DNA of 64,000 nt from an uncultured delta proteobacterium (GCA_963806225.1 CAWDXG010000001.1:1152001-1216000); one strand, 5' to 3'. Shown: positions 10,589 to 20,999, counted from the first letter of the stretch. The notes: a model not told the origin generated them from the letters alone. Numbers and translations: made by a program.

Positions 10589-12396
10589 AAGCCAGGACTT
10601 GGCGTAGCACCGTGGAGCGGGGGGAGAAAGGCGCGTCGCGCTCCGCTCGAGGGCATGGTCGACGCGCTCCCCAGCTGCCACTCTAGCTGGCCGGCGCGTC
10701 CCGTCACTTCCAGGCGCCCGCCGTGCACTCCCTCGAGGTGGCACCAGGTGCAAAGAGCGATCACGTTGTCGTCTTCGTCGCTGCCGCCACGCGAGCGGAA
10801 CTGCACGTGGTGCGGGGTCACATCGCGGCGCGAGCACACGGGCGACGAGCACGTGTAGCGGTCGCGGGCGTAGATGTGCGCGTATTTCTCCGTGCGCTCG
10901 GTGAGGTGGCGCCACGCTTTCCAGAAGGTGTCGCACAGCAGGCGCACGAAGCTCGTGCCGCGCGGCAGATGCTTGTGCATCACGCCGGCGAGCGTCCGCC
11001 AGAAGCGCGCCGTGTCGCGCGTCACGCGCAGATCCATCCGCATGCTCGCGCCGCCGGCGCCGAGCCTGGCGGACATCTGGCTTCGTGCTGCCAGCACTGC
11101 GTCGCGGTCGCCCGCGAGCACGCGCGACTCGAGCTTCCGGAGCTGCTGCACGGTCGCCTCGGGCGGCGGCGTCGCGCGTCCGCCGATGTCGCGTGAGAGC
11201 TCGGCGGCGCGCACCTCTTCTTCGAGGAGCTTCACGGTGCGGGCCCGCGCTCGATCGACCCAGGCATCGGCCGTCTCCGCTGTGGCGACGCGCGAGATCA
11301 AGAGAGCGGACTCGTAGCCAATCTCGCCCGCGCCCAGAGCCTCCCGGACGCGCCGGCACCAGCGCCGCGCCAGCGCGACCTTCGCCTTGAAGCTCGACGG
11401 CGAGATGCCGAGGCGCTCGCGCACGTACTGCGACCGGGTTGCGTAGCCGAGCCGACGCCAGCCCTCGGCTTCATGGAACGCCAGCGCGGCGCGGCCCAGC
11501 TCGACCTCGCGCTGACCCAGCTCCTGCCCGAGCTGGCGGATGCGCGTATCCAGCGCGTGCAGGCTCCCGGGCAGCTCGAAGAAGGGCGCGACGGGTTTGC
11601 CCCCGGGACCGCGCTCCGTGAAGTTGTCCTCGCAGCGCCTTTCCGATTCCTCGCGCCAGGCTTCGAGCTGTTGCCGCCAACGGTTCCTCGCCTCCGCCTC
11701 GCGCTCGCTCTGCTCGAACGCCTCCAGATCGTTTGCTGGCAGCGTGTGCGAGAGCGTGCTGTAGCTCTCCGCGAGCAGCGCGTGCACGAAGCCTTCGGTC
11801 GTGCGCTCTCCGAGGACGTGCTCGGCGAAGCGCCGCGTCCAGTGCCAGAGCCACGCATCCGCCGCGCCGAGCGTCACACCGAGCGTCACCTTGTCGACGG
11901 CGCCGGGCCCGGCGGCAGCGGGCGACAAACCCGCAGAGACCACCTCATTCAACTCGACCAGATGCGCCCGCATCCCGCGCACGGTCGAGCCGAGCGCCCG
12001 CGCCGTCAGCGGCGCGTCCGTCTCCGCCGTCGCGTGACGCGCGACCAGCTCCGCCATGCACCAGCCGACCGCGCCGCCCGACAGCGCCGCGCGGAGCTGC
12101 GGCAACTCCGCCACGCGCTGGGCGAGCAAGCGCGACTCGTTCGCCCAGCGCGCGCTCCGCCCACAACGCTCCCGCGCATACGCACCGAGCGACGAGAACC
12201 CGAGCGCGTGATGCCCGCCGCGTTGCGCCAGCAAATCCAGCAGCTCGCCCAGCATGAGTCGCGCCCTGCTCTCGCCGCGCACCAGCTCGGCCAGCCGCGC
12301 ATCGAGCCGCAGCACCTCGTTTGGCGGAGCCGCGCGCGCCCTCCGCTCCCCCACGCCGGTCACTGCGACCGCTGCGACCGCGCCCCCTGAAAACAT
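10576..12396 (-). CDS. Large HNH endonuclease (DUF222-like helical N-terminus), copy 1
   Basis: YARDRYTCSSPVCSRRDVTPHHVQFRSRGGSDEDDNVIALCTWCH; start reassigned to ATG 12396 by homology to copy 2. Confidence 0.85.
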   Translation of the reverse strand: MFSGGAVAAVAVTGVGERRARAAPPNEVLRLDARLAELVRGESRARLMLGELLDLLAQRGGHHALGFSSLGAYARERCGRSARWANESRLLAQRVAELPQLRAALSGGAVGWCMAELVARHATAETDAPLTARALGSTVRGMRAHLVELNEVVSAGLSPAAAGPGAVDKVTLGVTLGAADAWLWHWTRRFAEHVLGERTTEGFVHALLAESYSTLSHTLPANDLEAFEQSEREAEARNRWRQQLEAWREESERRCEDNFTERGPGGKPVAPFFELPGSLHALDTRIRQLGQELGQREVELGRAALAFHEAEGWRRLGYATRSQYVRERLGISPSSFKAKVALARRWCRRVREALGAGEIGYESALLISRVATAETADAWVDRARARTVKLLEEEVRAAELSRDIGGRATPPPEATVQQLRKLESRVLAGDRDAVLAARSQMSARLGAGGASMRMDLRVTRDTARFWRTLAGVMHKHLPRGTSFVRLLCDTFWKAWRHLTERTEKYAHIYARDRYTCSSPVCSRRDVTPHHVQFRSRGGSDEDDNVIALCTWCHLEGVHGGRLEVTGRAGQLEWQLGSASTMPSSGARRAFLPPLHGATPSPGLCVM

Positions 12397-12402
12397 GGGG
12401 CT

Positions 12403-12431
12403 AGCGTAGGTTTTACTGAACATATGTCAAG
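12403..12431 (-). promoter_or_regulatory. Sigma70-type leaderless promoter with overlapping LexA-box-like site (copy 1)
   Basis: TTGACA-16 nt-TACGCT-6 nt-ATG; CTGAACatatGTCAAG at 12416..12431. Confidence 0.6.
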
Positions 12432-12585
12432 TGCAAGATGAGGGATTCTTTGCAGCCAGCGAGGGAGGGCGGACGCCGCCGCCGTCGCCTCCCGGCGTCG
12501 CGGCGTTCCATGTGGATATCGCGGTTCCGGGCGATGGCCCCACCACCTGTCCGTCCCCGGTCGCCTCGTCGGCTTCGGGCATCCG

Positions 12586-13205
12586 CTACGGCTTGCCGCC
12601 CTTCCACTTGCGCAGCTGGGCCACCTCGTCCGAGAGCTGCCCCCAGACGCGCTCCGCCTGCCGCCGTTTGTGCTTGTCGTGGCGCAGCTCGTTGGCGCGC
12701 GCCTCGCGCTCGAGCTTGCGGTAGTGGTCGAAGCGCTCGGCGTCCAGCTGCCCCGCTTCGACAGCTGCCTTCACCGCGCAGCCCGGCTCGTTGTCGTGCC
12801 GGCAGTCGCGAAAGCGGCAGCCCTCGGCGAGGCTCGCAATGTCCTCGAACACGGTGTCGAGCCCTGCCTCGTCGAGCAGCTGCAGCTCGCGCATGCCGGG
12901 GGTGTCGAGGAGCAGGCCGCCGTCGGGAAGGAGCACCAGCTGGCGATGGGTGGTGACGTGGCGACCGCGACTGTCGCTGGCGCGCACCTCGCCGGTGCGC
13001 ATGCGCTCCTCGCCCAGCAGTGCGTTGACCAGGGTCGACTTGCCGGCACCGGACGAGCCCACCAGCGCGACGGTCGTGCCCTCGCCGATGCTGGCGCGTA
13101 CCGCCTCCACACCTTCGGCGTGCAGGGCGCTGACGACGTAGACCGGAACGCCCACGGCGTGTCGCTCCACGGCGGCAACCCGCAGCGGGAGGTCCGCGCA
13201 GAGAG
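12586..13205 (-). pseudogene. rsgA: Ribosome small subunit-dependent GTPase A, 5'-truncated
   Basis: GSSGAGKSTLVN, RGRHVTT, DTPGMRE, CRFRDCRHDNEPGC zinc finger; OB fold and N/TKxD motif missing. Confidence 0.88.
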
Positions 13206-13238
13206 GGGCGTGGCGCGCGGCCGCTACCCCGCGCGTCG

Positions 13239-15048
13239 CTACGGGCGCCCGGCGCCGAGCACCACATCGTGCTGCCGGGGCAATTCGGACCAGCCGCTCG
13301 AATCGGCGAGGGCGCGACCGCCCCCCAGCTGCCACTTCAGCCTGCCCGCGCTTCCCGTCACCTGGATGCGCCCGCCATGCACACCCTCCAGGTGACACCA
13401 CGTGCACAGGGCGATCACGTTCTCGTCCTCGTCGCTACCGCCGTGTGACCGGAACTGGACGTGGTGCGGCGTGACATCGTGGCGCGAGCACACGGGCGAT
13501 GAGCACGTGTAGCGGTCGCGGGCGTAGACGTGCGCGTACTTCTCGCTGCGCTCGGTGAGGTGGCGCCACGCTTTCCAGAATGTGTCGCACAGCAGGCGAG
13601 CGAAGCTGGCGTCGCGCGAGAGGTGTTTGTGCATCACACCGGCGAGGGCTCGCCAGAAGCGCGCCGTGTCGCGCGCCACCCGCAGATCCACCCGCACACT
13701 CGAAGCGCCGGCGCCGAGGCTGGCGGACATCTGGCTTTGTGCTTCGAGCACTGCATCGCGGTCGCCCGCTAGAACGCGCGACTCGAGCTGGCGGATCTGC
13801 TGCACCGTCTCTTCGGGCGGCGGCGAAACCCGTCCGCCGATGTCGCGCGAGAGCTCGGCAGCGCGCACCTCTTCTTCGAGGTGCTTCACCGTGCGGGCCT
13901 GCGCGCGCTCGATCCAGGCATCGGCCGTTTCCGCGGTCGCGACGCGCGAGATCAACAGCGCGGACTCGTAGCCGATCTCGCCCGCGCCCAGCGCTTCCCG
14001 CACGCGCCGACACCAACGCCGCGCCAGTGCGACCTTTGCCTTGAAGCTCGAGGGCGAGATCCCAAGCCGCTCGCGGACATACTGCGACTCGGTGGCGTAG
14101 CCGAGTCGCAGCCAGCCTTCGGCTTCATGGAAAGCGAGCGCGGCGCGGGCCAGCTCGACCTCGCGCTGACCCAGCTCCCGCCCGAGCTCGCGGAGGCGCG
14201 CATCCAGCGCGTGCAGGCTCCGGGGGAGCTCGAACAAGGGCGCGGCTGGTACGCCGCCGGGGCCGCGCTCGGTGAAGTTTTCCTCGCAGCGCTGCTCCGA
14301 TTCCTCGCGCCAGCTGTCGAGCTGTTGTCTCCACCTGGCCACGGCGTCGGCTTCGCGCTCGTCTTGATCGAGTAGCTCCAGATCTCTTTTTGGCAGGACA
14401 TGCGAGTGCGAGCTGTAGCTCTCCGAAAGCAGCGCGTGCACGAAGCCCTCGGTGGTGTGCTCGCCGAGAGCGTGCTCGGCAAAGCGGCGCGTCCACTGCC
14501 AGAGCCAGATGTCCGCCGCGCTCAGCGTCACGCCGAGCGTCACCATCTCGAACGTCCGATGGCTGGACGCGATTGCTCCAGAGCTCCTCCACGGGGAGCT
14601 CGCTCGAGCTCGGCTTCGCCACCAGAAGCGCGCGCATCTGCCGCACCGTGGAGCGCGAGGCCCGCCCGGTCAGTGCCGCGTCCGTCTCGGCGGTCGCGTG
14701 ACGGGCAACCAGCTCGGCCATGCACCAGCCGATCGCGCCGCCCGCGAGCGCTGCGCGCAACTGCGGCAACTGCGCCACACGCTCCGCCAGAAGGCGCGCC
14801 TCGTTCGCCCAGCGCGCACTGCGCCCGCAGCGCTCCCGCGCATACGCACCCAGCGACGAGAACCCGAGCTCGTGATGCCCGCCGCGCCGCGCCAGCAGCT
14901 CCAGCAGCTCGCCGAGCATCAGCCGCGCCTGGCTCTCGCCCCGCACCAGCTCGGCAAGTCGCGTGTCGAGCCGCAGCACCTCTTCCGGCGCCGCGCGCTT
15001 GCCTACCCTGGTCGACTGCCTCGCAGCGAGCGCTCCCCCGGAAAACAT
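13239..15048 (-). CDS. Large HNH endonuclease, copy 2 (frameshift near 14550-14600)
   Basis: Colinear and highly similar to 10576..12396; split over ORFs 14125..15048 and 13239..14546. Confidence 0.82.
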
Positions 15049-15054
15049 GGGAGG

Positions 15055-15095
15055 AACCTAATCTTTACTGAACACCTGTCAAGTATCTGTTCAGG
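15055..15095 (-). promoter_or_regulatory. Sigma70-type leaderless promoter with LexA-box-like site (copy 2)
   Basis: TTGACA-16 nt-TAGGTT-6 nt-ATG; CTGAACacctGTCAAG at 15068..15083 plus an extra GTTCAG half-site. Confidence 0.6.
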
Positions 15096-15429
15096 GATTC
15101 TTCGTGAACGCCGAGGGCGGATGGACGCTCGCTGCTCGGCCGGCGCGGGAGCATGGCGTCGCCCGCTGGTTGGTCTTGTCTCGGAGGCGCTGAGCGATGA
15201 CGAGGTGGCGGAACTGGCGAGCCACGTGGCAGACAAGCCGATCCGCTATGTGGACGTCGGCAGCGAGCGACGAACACGGCGGATACGCCTGCTGCAGCTA
15301 CCCCGATGACACCCGCTGTCGCGCCTGCGACGCCTTCGGCAAGCGCGGCATGTCGCCGTTCTACTGCCGCGACGGCTGGTGCGATCAGTCGCCGTAGGGA
15401 AGTGCTGCCGCGCTAGGTTGCGCTCTTGT

Positions 15430-15732
15430 TCAACCAGCGAGACATCGCGGGACCCGAAGGGCCTTCAAGGTCACCGCGCGCGTCAGCCACTCATCCAGTG
15501 TGGCGATGTCGCGGCAGGCGCGCACGCGCTTTGCGACCTTGTCGGGCACCGCGAAGCCGCGCGTCTCGAGGACACGCAGCACGCCTTCGGCCTTGCCCTT
15601 TGCCTCGCCTTCGGCTCTGCCCTTCGCCTCGCTTTCGGCTTTGCCTTCCGCGATCGCTTCGACCTGCTGCTGATGGAGCTTCCGGACGAAATCGCTCTGG
15701 TATTCGTACTTCTGGACCATGATGGCTTCCAC
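15430..15732 (-). CDS. Stand-alone Rpn/DUF4351-like C-terminal module
   Basis: YEYQSDF, AEGKAE repeats, VLRVLETRG...RVRACRDIATLDEWLTRAVT. Confidence 0.65.
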   Translation of the reverse strand: MEAIMVQKYEYQSDFVRKLHQQQVEAIAEGKAESEAKGRAEGEAKGKAEGVLRVLETRGFAVPDKVAKRVRACRDIATLDEWLTRAVTLKALRVPRCLAG

Positions 15733-15898
15733 TTGCCTGCGTGCGGCCGTGGCTCGACGCCGAGAGCATCGTGTCGAGGTCGAGCATAGCGCGCTCGGGG
15801 TAGACGGTCATGCAGTGTCCGGCGCTCGCCGGCGCCCAGGCCTCTCGACATTCTCGTGGGTTTTCGGGTAGGTCCGTCGGGTCCCCCCAGGAGCACGC

Positions 15899-17788
15899 AT
15901 GACCGACGAGACTGCCGCGCGACAATCCGAGGCTCACGAGTTCGAATCCGTGGAGGAGTCGATGGAGCCCCGGGAGTTGCTGCCCGGTGCGAAGCACCCT
16001 GACCAGATGTACGTGCCGGCGCCGGGCGAGAAGCAGCTCACCCTGCGGGCGGTGATCGCGGGCTGCTTCGTGGGCAGTGTGGTGGCCTGCACCAATATCT
16101 ACATCGGCTTGAAGATCGGCTGGAGCTTCGGCGCGGCGATCATCTCGGCCGTGCTGGGATTCGCGATCTTCTCGGCTCTGGGCAAGCGTCTGAGCGTGCT
16201 CGAGACCAACATCACCCAGACCGCCGGCAGCGCCGCGGGCGCGATGGCCGCCGCGGCGGGGCTGCTCTCGGCGATCCCGGCGATGCAGATGCTCGGGCAT
16301 CGCATTTCCCCGTGGCACCTGGCCGTGTGGTCGCTCTCGATCGCCTTTCTAGGCGTCTTTTTCATCGTGCCCCTCCGCTACCAGATGGTCGAGGTCGAGA
16401 GGCTGCGTTTCCCTACGGGCACGGCCACCGCCGAGACGATACTGGCGATGTTCGCCGAGGCGGCCGAAGCCGCCGCCCAGGCCAAGGTGCTGTTGTGGGC
16501 CGGCGTCATCGCGGGACTGTACGCGCTGGGTGCGCACTTCTTCCACTTCATGGAGCAGCCCCCGCTCGTCGCGTGGGCCAAGGCTGCGCTGCCGGGCACG
16601 GCCATTGCCGCCGCAGTGGCCCTCGCCGCGGCCTGGAGCTTCAAGATCTACTTCGGTCCCGCCCTTTTCGGCGCGGGCTTCCTGATCGGGCCGCGGGTGG
16701 CCCTGTCGTTGATGCTGGGCGCGATCGTCGCCTGGGGGATGCTGGGGCCGCTGGCCCAATCGCAGGGCTGGGTGACCGGCAAGATCATGAGCTACGCCGA
16801 CGGCCCGCGCGGCTGGATCCTCTGGCCCGGCGTGGCCTTGATGGTCAGCGAGGCGCTCGCCACCCTGGTCTTCAGCTGGCGCACTTTCGTGCGCGCGCTG
16901 AAGCGGCCCACGCAGCTCGCCACGGTGGAGAAGGCGGCCGCCGGCGAGCCCACGAAGGAGGTCGATCCCGACGCGATTCCCAACGCCTGGTGGATGGGCG
17001 GCCTCGCTCTCGGCTCCATGCTCACCATGGTGATCGCGTACCTGGTCTTCGATATCGAATGGTGGATGACCCTGATCGCGATCGCGCTGTCGTCCGTGCT
17101 GGCGATCGTGGCGGTGCGCTCGACCGGCGAGACCGACATCAACCCGATCGGTGGCATGGGCAAGGTCACGCAGCTGGTCTACGGCGCGCTGGCGCCCGGG
17201 CAGATCGCCACCAACCTGATGGCCGCCGCGATCACCGGCGCCGGGGCCTCGCAGGCTGCGGACATGATGCAGGACCTGAAGACGGGCCACATGCTCGGCG
17301 CGTCCCCGCGCAAGCAGTTCGTGGCGCAGCTTGTGGGCATCGGTGCGGGTGTCGTCTTCGTCGTGCCCGTCTACTTCGTCTTCACCTCCGCCTACAAGCT
17401 GGGTCAGGGTCAGATGCCCGCGCCCGCGGCGATGGCGTGGAAGGCGATGGCGGAGCTCCTGGCTCACGGTCTCGGCGCGCTGCCCACCCACGCGGGGTGG
17501 GCGGTGCTCATCGCCGCACTGGCCGGCATTGCGATGGCCGGGCTGCGACGTGTGAAGCGCATCGCGTTCTACGTGCCCAGCGGCCTCGCTTGCGGCATCG
17601 CCTTCATCATCCCCGCGTTCTACTCGATGGTCATGTTCTTCGGGCTCGTCGCCTGGTGGCTCTGGAAGAAGAAGAACCCGACGTTGGTCGAGCGCTTCAA
17701 CTTCGTGTTCGCCTCGGGGCTGATCGCGGGGGCGGGCTTGATGGGCATCGTCAACGCCGTGCTCACCATCCTGCACATCGGCGGCTGA
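15899..17788 (+). CDS. OPT-family oligopeptide transporter
   Basis: QLTLRA, YIGLKIG, ETNITQTAGSA, LRFPTGTATA, GETDINP, MQDLKTG. Confidence 0.92.
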   Translation: MTDETAARQSEAHEFESVEESMEPRELLPGAKHPDQMYVPAPGEKQLTLRAVIAGCFVGSVVACTNIYIGLKIGWSFGAAIISAVLGFAIFSALGKRLSVLETNITQTAGSAAGAMAAAAGLLSAIPAMQMLGHRISPWHLAVWSLSIAFLGVFFIVPLRYQMVEVERLRFPTGTATAETILAMFAEAAEAAAQAKVLLWAGVIAGLYALGAHFFHFMEQPPLVAWAKAALPGTAIAAAVALAAAWSFKIYFGPALFGAGFLIGPRVALSLMLGAIVAWGMLGPLAQSQGWVTGKIMSYADGPRGWILWPGVALMVSEALATLVFSWRTFVRALKRPTQLATVEKAAAGEPTKEVDPDAIPNAWWMGGLALGSMLTMVIAYLVFDIEWWMTLIAIALSSVLAIVAVRSTGETDINPIGGMGKVTQLVYGALAPGQIATNLMAAAITGAGASQAADMMQDLKTGHMLGASPRKQFVAQLVGIGAGVVFVVPVYFVFTSAYKLGQGQMPAPAAMAWKAMAELLAHGLGALPTHAGWAVLIAALAGIAMAGLRRVKRIAFYVPSGLACGIAFIIPAFYSMVMFFGLVAWWLWKKKNPTLVERFNFVFASGLIAGAGLMGIVNAVLTILHIGG

Positions 17789-17865
17789 ACGCCGCCGGCG
17801 CCTACTGCGTCCGCGCGATGGCGCGGCGCGAACGCTGCGATTCGGGGTGCGTTCGCGGTTGCGCG

Positions 17866-17904
17866 GGTGGCGACGTCGCTGTCCGCCGGTGGCGGCCGCC
17901 ACTC
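17866..17904. repeat. REP-like hairpin repeat, copy 1
   Basis: GGTGGCGACGTCGCTGTCCGCCGGTGGCGGCCGCCACTC; related copies at 20960 and 27884. Confidence 0.75.
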
Positions 17905-17909
17905 TCGGT

Positions 17910-18626
17910 TCAGCGCGCGGCCGGGTGTACCTGGCGTAGTGCGTTGCCTACGAGGCCCCGCCACTCCTCGTCGTTGGGGCTGTGGCTCATGCGCCCGATG
18001 ACGAAGCCGATGGCGGCGCCGTTCTGGATGACGGAATAGATCTGCTCGCCGTGGCGGTAGACGACGAGGTGCTCTCCGCCGTCCAGCACACCCTTGAAGT
18101 CGAAGAGGCGCTGGCCGGGGCCGAGCGCGCGTTCGACTTCGGTGAGTGTTGCGCGCACTGGAACCGGAAACACACCCGCATTGGTGGGCCAGTTGCCGCC
18201 GAACCAGGCGATCGCGGTTGCCTTGCCCGCCGGGGTGGAGCCTTCCTTGGCGGGCGTAGCGAGCACCGCGAGAACGGTGGCGTCGGGCAGCGCGCGCTTG
18301 TGGTTGCAGGGGGCAAAGAACCACACGTGTCGCTTCCCGCTTTCGATCGGGTCGTCGTCGCAGAGCGATGACTTGTGGCGACCTCCGAAGTCACCGATCG
18401 TCGCACCAAGGCGCAGCCCTTCGAGGTTGAAGGCGGACGCTTCGAAGCTTGCACGGGCGGGAGTTGTCGGCGTCTCGGCCGTGCCCTCCGGTCCGCGATG
18501 GGTCGGCGGTGCGACCTCGACCACAGCTGGAGCCGGTCGTTGTGCGTGAGACGCCGTTCGCCTCGGGGCAGCGCAGGCGACCATCGCAGCGGCCAAGCCA
18601 AACAGCACGCAACGCAACACCGCCAC
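17910..18626 (-). CDS. Hypothetical lipoprotein
   Basis: Lipobox MVAC, Pro-rich linker, globular remainder. Confidence 0.55.
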   Translation of the reverse strand: MAVLRCVLFGLAAAMVACAAPRRTASHAQRPAPAVVEVAPPTHRGPEGTAETPTTPARASFEASAFNLEGLRLGATIGDFGGRHKSSLCDDDPIESGKRHVWFFAPCNHKRALPDATVLAVLATPAKEGSTPAGKATAIAWFGGNWPTNAGVFPVPVRATLTEVERALGPGQRLFDFKGVLDGGEHLVVYRHGEQIYSVIQNGAAIGFVIGRMSHSPNDEEWRGLVGNALRQVHPAAR

Positions 18627-18789
18627 GGTGTACCACGAAGCTGATCCACGAAGCTGCGCCGTCGCCCCGCGTCGCGCGCTACTGCTGAATATGGCAGCCT
18701 GGGGAGCTACTGCAGGTGTCCACCGCGATGCTCGCGATCTGTCGCCAGCTCAGGTCGACGCCGCCGCGGGCGCTCTCCCTGCCGAGTCT

Positions 18790-19245
18790 AGCGACGACCC
18801 GCTGGGGTGCCCGTGCGTGACGACGGCCGTATCGCGCGCCGCTTCGAAGGCCTCCTCCCGCGATGCCGCCGCGAGCCCCAACGGCGCCGAACGCATGATC
18901 GCGCCGCAGCCCTTGCTGTTGTTCGGAGGGTGCTCGACGCTCGGCGTTCGCCACTCGCTTGCCTGTGAACGCAGCGCGCCGAGGTTGGTGTTGCCGGGCG
19001 CCCGGCGCGCGTGCAGCCGCGCGTCGCCGACCAGCCACCCGCGCTCGCTCGGCGAATCGAGTAGCAGATTGGGCGACTGGGTGACGAGCCAGCGGAGCAG
19101 CGCGTGCTGCACGACGTTCACCAGCGACGCACCGCCGCGCTCCTGTGCGCGCTGCTGCGTACGGATGACGCCTTCCGCGACGAACAGCGTCATCTGCGTG
19201 TCGTCGGAGATGGCCGCCGGGCCGTGGTGGTCGGGGGCGAGCGAC
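18790..19245 (-). pseudogene. ADP-ribosylglycohydrolase internal fragment
   Basis: ISDDTQMTLF, NNSKGCGAIMRSAPLGL, THGHP; both termini missing. Confidence 0.82.
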
Positions 19246-19259
19246 GCGGGCGGCTCCGA

Positions 19260-19797
19260 CGGCGTGTACGCCGCGCTGCTCGACGACCGGCGCTTCACCG
19301 CGCTCTACAAGAAGCGCGGCACCAGCTCCACCAAGGAGTACGAGGTCAATCCGCTGGGCCTGGTCGTGCGCGACGGCGTGCTCACGCTCGTCTGCACCTT
19401 CTGGGACTACGACGACGTGAACCACATGTTGCTGCACCGCATGACCCGCGCCGACCCGCTCGAAAGGCGCGCCCGCCGCCCGCGCGGCTTCGATCTCGAC
19501 CAACACGTCGCCTCCGGAGGCGTCGGCTTCGCGCTCGGCGATCCCATCGTGCTCGAGGCTCTCGTCGACGAATCGGTCGCCCTCACCCTCGCCGAGACGC
19601 CCATCGCCAACGACCAGCAGCTGACGCCCGATGGCGCGTCACGCAAGCGTCTGCGCGCCACCGTTCCCGACACCATGGAACTGCGAGGCTGGCTCCTCGG
19701 CTACGGCGCGCTGATCGAGGTGAAGAAGCCGAAGGCGCTGCGCGAGGAGATGCGCGAAACGGTGCGCGCGATGGCGGAGAGGTATGGAGCGGGGTGA
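19260..19797 (+). pseudogene. WYL/WCX-domain regulator, C-terminal fragment
   Basis: YEVNPLGLVVRDGV, LLHRM, FDLDQH, LRGWLLGYGALIEVKKPKALRE; no N-terminal HTH or start codon. Confidence 0.8.
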
Positions 19798-20214
19798 ACG
19801 GCGCGTGACGCCTGGCTAGGCAACGGGATGCGCTTCGGCCGCCCGTTTCCACAACTCGCGCCAACTCGGCCGCGAATGTCGTGCGGGAACCAGGAAGTAG
19901 CCATGTTCGAACGTGCCGAAGATATCGCCTTGGCCAGAGGCTAGATCGAGCAGGTTGATCAGGCCGACCACGGCGTCCAGTTCGTCGTCCGACGATAGCT
20001 CTTCCGGCAACGATACCTTGAGGGTCGCGTGCAGCCGCGGCGAATCCGGCTTTTCGCGTGACGCCTGGTACGGCTGCACCTGGCGCCGGCGCGACCGCCT
20101 CGCGCCAGGTCGGGGCACGACGCCGCTGTGTCGAGCCTTCACACTGGCTCGAGCGCGTGCAGTGCGGCTTCGACCCAACCGAAGCCGACGCGCTCCTGCT
20201 CGAGGCGGACCCGC

Positions 20215-20517
20215 TCAGCCCGTCGCCTTGAACGGGCGGATCTTCTGGATGTCCTTGCTTGCCTCGATCTCCGCCCGCCTGAGATCGTACGCGCTCTGCA
20301 GATTCAGCCAGAACTGCGCCGTCGTTCCGGGGAAGAACCGCTCCAGCCGGAGCGCCGTGTCCGGCGTCAGTGCGCGCGTTGCGTTCAGGATCCCGGTGAC
20401 GCGATTCGCCGGCACGTGCAGCGCCGTCGCCAGCGCGTTGGCGGACATGCCCAGCTCCTCGAGCTGCTCGCGCAGGACCTCGCCGGGCGAGACGGGCCGC
20501 ATCTTGTTTCGGGTCAT
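20215..20517 (-). CDS. higA: HigA-family antitoxin (XRE HTH)
   Basis: MRPVSPGEVLRE...ALTPDTALRL...AQFWLNLQSAYDL. Confidence 0.92.
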   Translation of the reverse strand: MTRNKMRPVSPGEVLREQLEELGMSANALATALHVPANRVTGILNATRALTPDTALRLERFFPGTTAQFWLNLQSAYDLRRAEIEASKDIQKIRPFKATG

Positions 20518-20533
20518 GGGTTCTTCTCCCAGA

Positions 20534-20812
20534 TCAATGATAGTCGACGATCTCCACCTCGTAGGCGTCTCCGTCGTGCCAGCGGAAGCAGACCCGCCAC
20601 TGGTCGTTGATGCGGATCGAGTGCTGCCCCTTGCGATGGCCGCGCAGAGCTTCGAGTCGGTTGCCCGGCAGGCCGCCCAGCACGTCCAGCGACGTGGCGG
20701 CGTCGAGGATCGCCAGCTTCCGCTCGGCCTTCTCGCGGAACCCGTCGAAAACGCGCACCCGCTCGCCCTGCCACAGGCGTGCAGTCTGCTTGCTGCCGAA
20801 CGTGCGGATCAC
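20534..20812 (-). CDS. higB: HigB (RelE-like) toxin
   Basis: MIRTF...PGNRLEALRGHRKGQHSIRINDQWRVCFRW...VEIVDYH. Confidence 0.92.
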   Translation of the reverse strand: MIRTFGSKQTARLWQGERVRVFDGFREKAERKLAILDAATSLDVLGGLPGNRLEALRGHRKGQHSIRINDQWRVCFRWHDGDAYEVEIVDYH

Positions 20813-20822
20813 CCAAGCTCCA

Positions 20823-20851
20823 AACGTAGGTTGTTTTACGTGTTACGTCAA
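20823..20851 (-). promoter_or_regulatory. higBA promoter
   Basis: TTGACG-17 nt-TACGTT in an AT-rich patch with repeated ACGT motifs. Confidence 0.6.
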
Positions 20852-20959
20852 ACGGAAAGCCTCGGCGCCACGGCGAGGCGCCGGTGGTCGGAAGTTGAAT
20901 AGCAACGAGCATGCCGCAGTGGTGTCCCGGCAAGTCGTGTGTGAACGGTGGTCTGGCGC

Positions 20960-20998
20960 GGTGGCGACGCCGCTGTCCGCCGGCGGCCGCCGCCACTC
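20960..20998. repeat. REP-like hairpin repeat, copy 2
   Basis: GGTGGCGACGCCGCTGTCCGCCGGCGGCCGCCGCCACTC. Confidence 0.75.
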
Positions 20999-20999
20999 G

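Noticed and set aside
15585..15655. Short tandem repeats
   Set aside because: They encode the AEGKAE coiled repeat of the Rpn-like protein
19816..20178. Possible nuclease C-terminal fragment
   Set aside because: Only a weak DELDAVVG motif; no family can be supported
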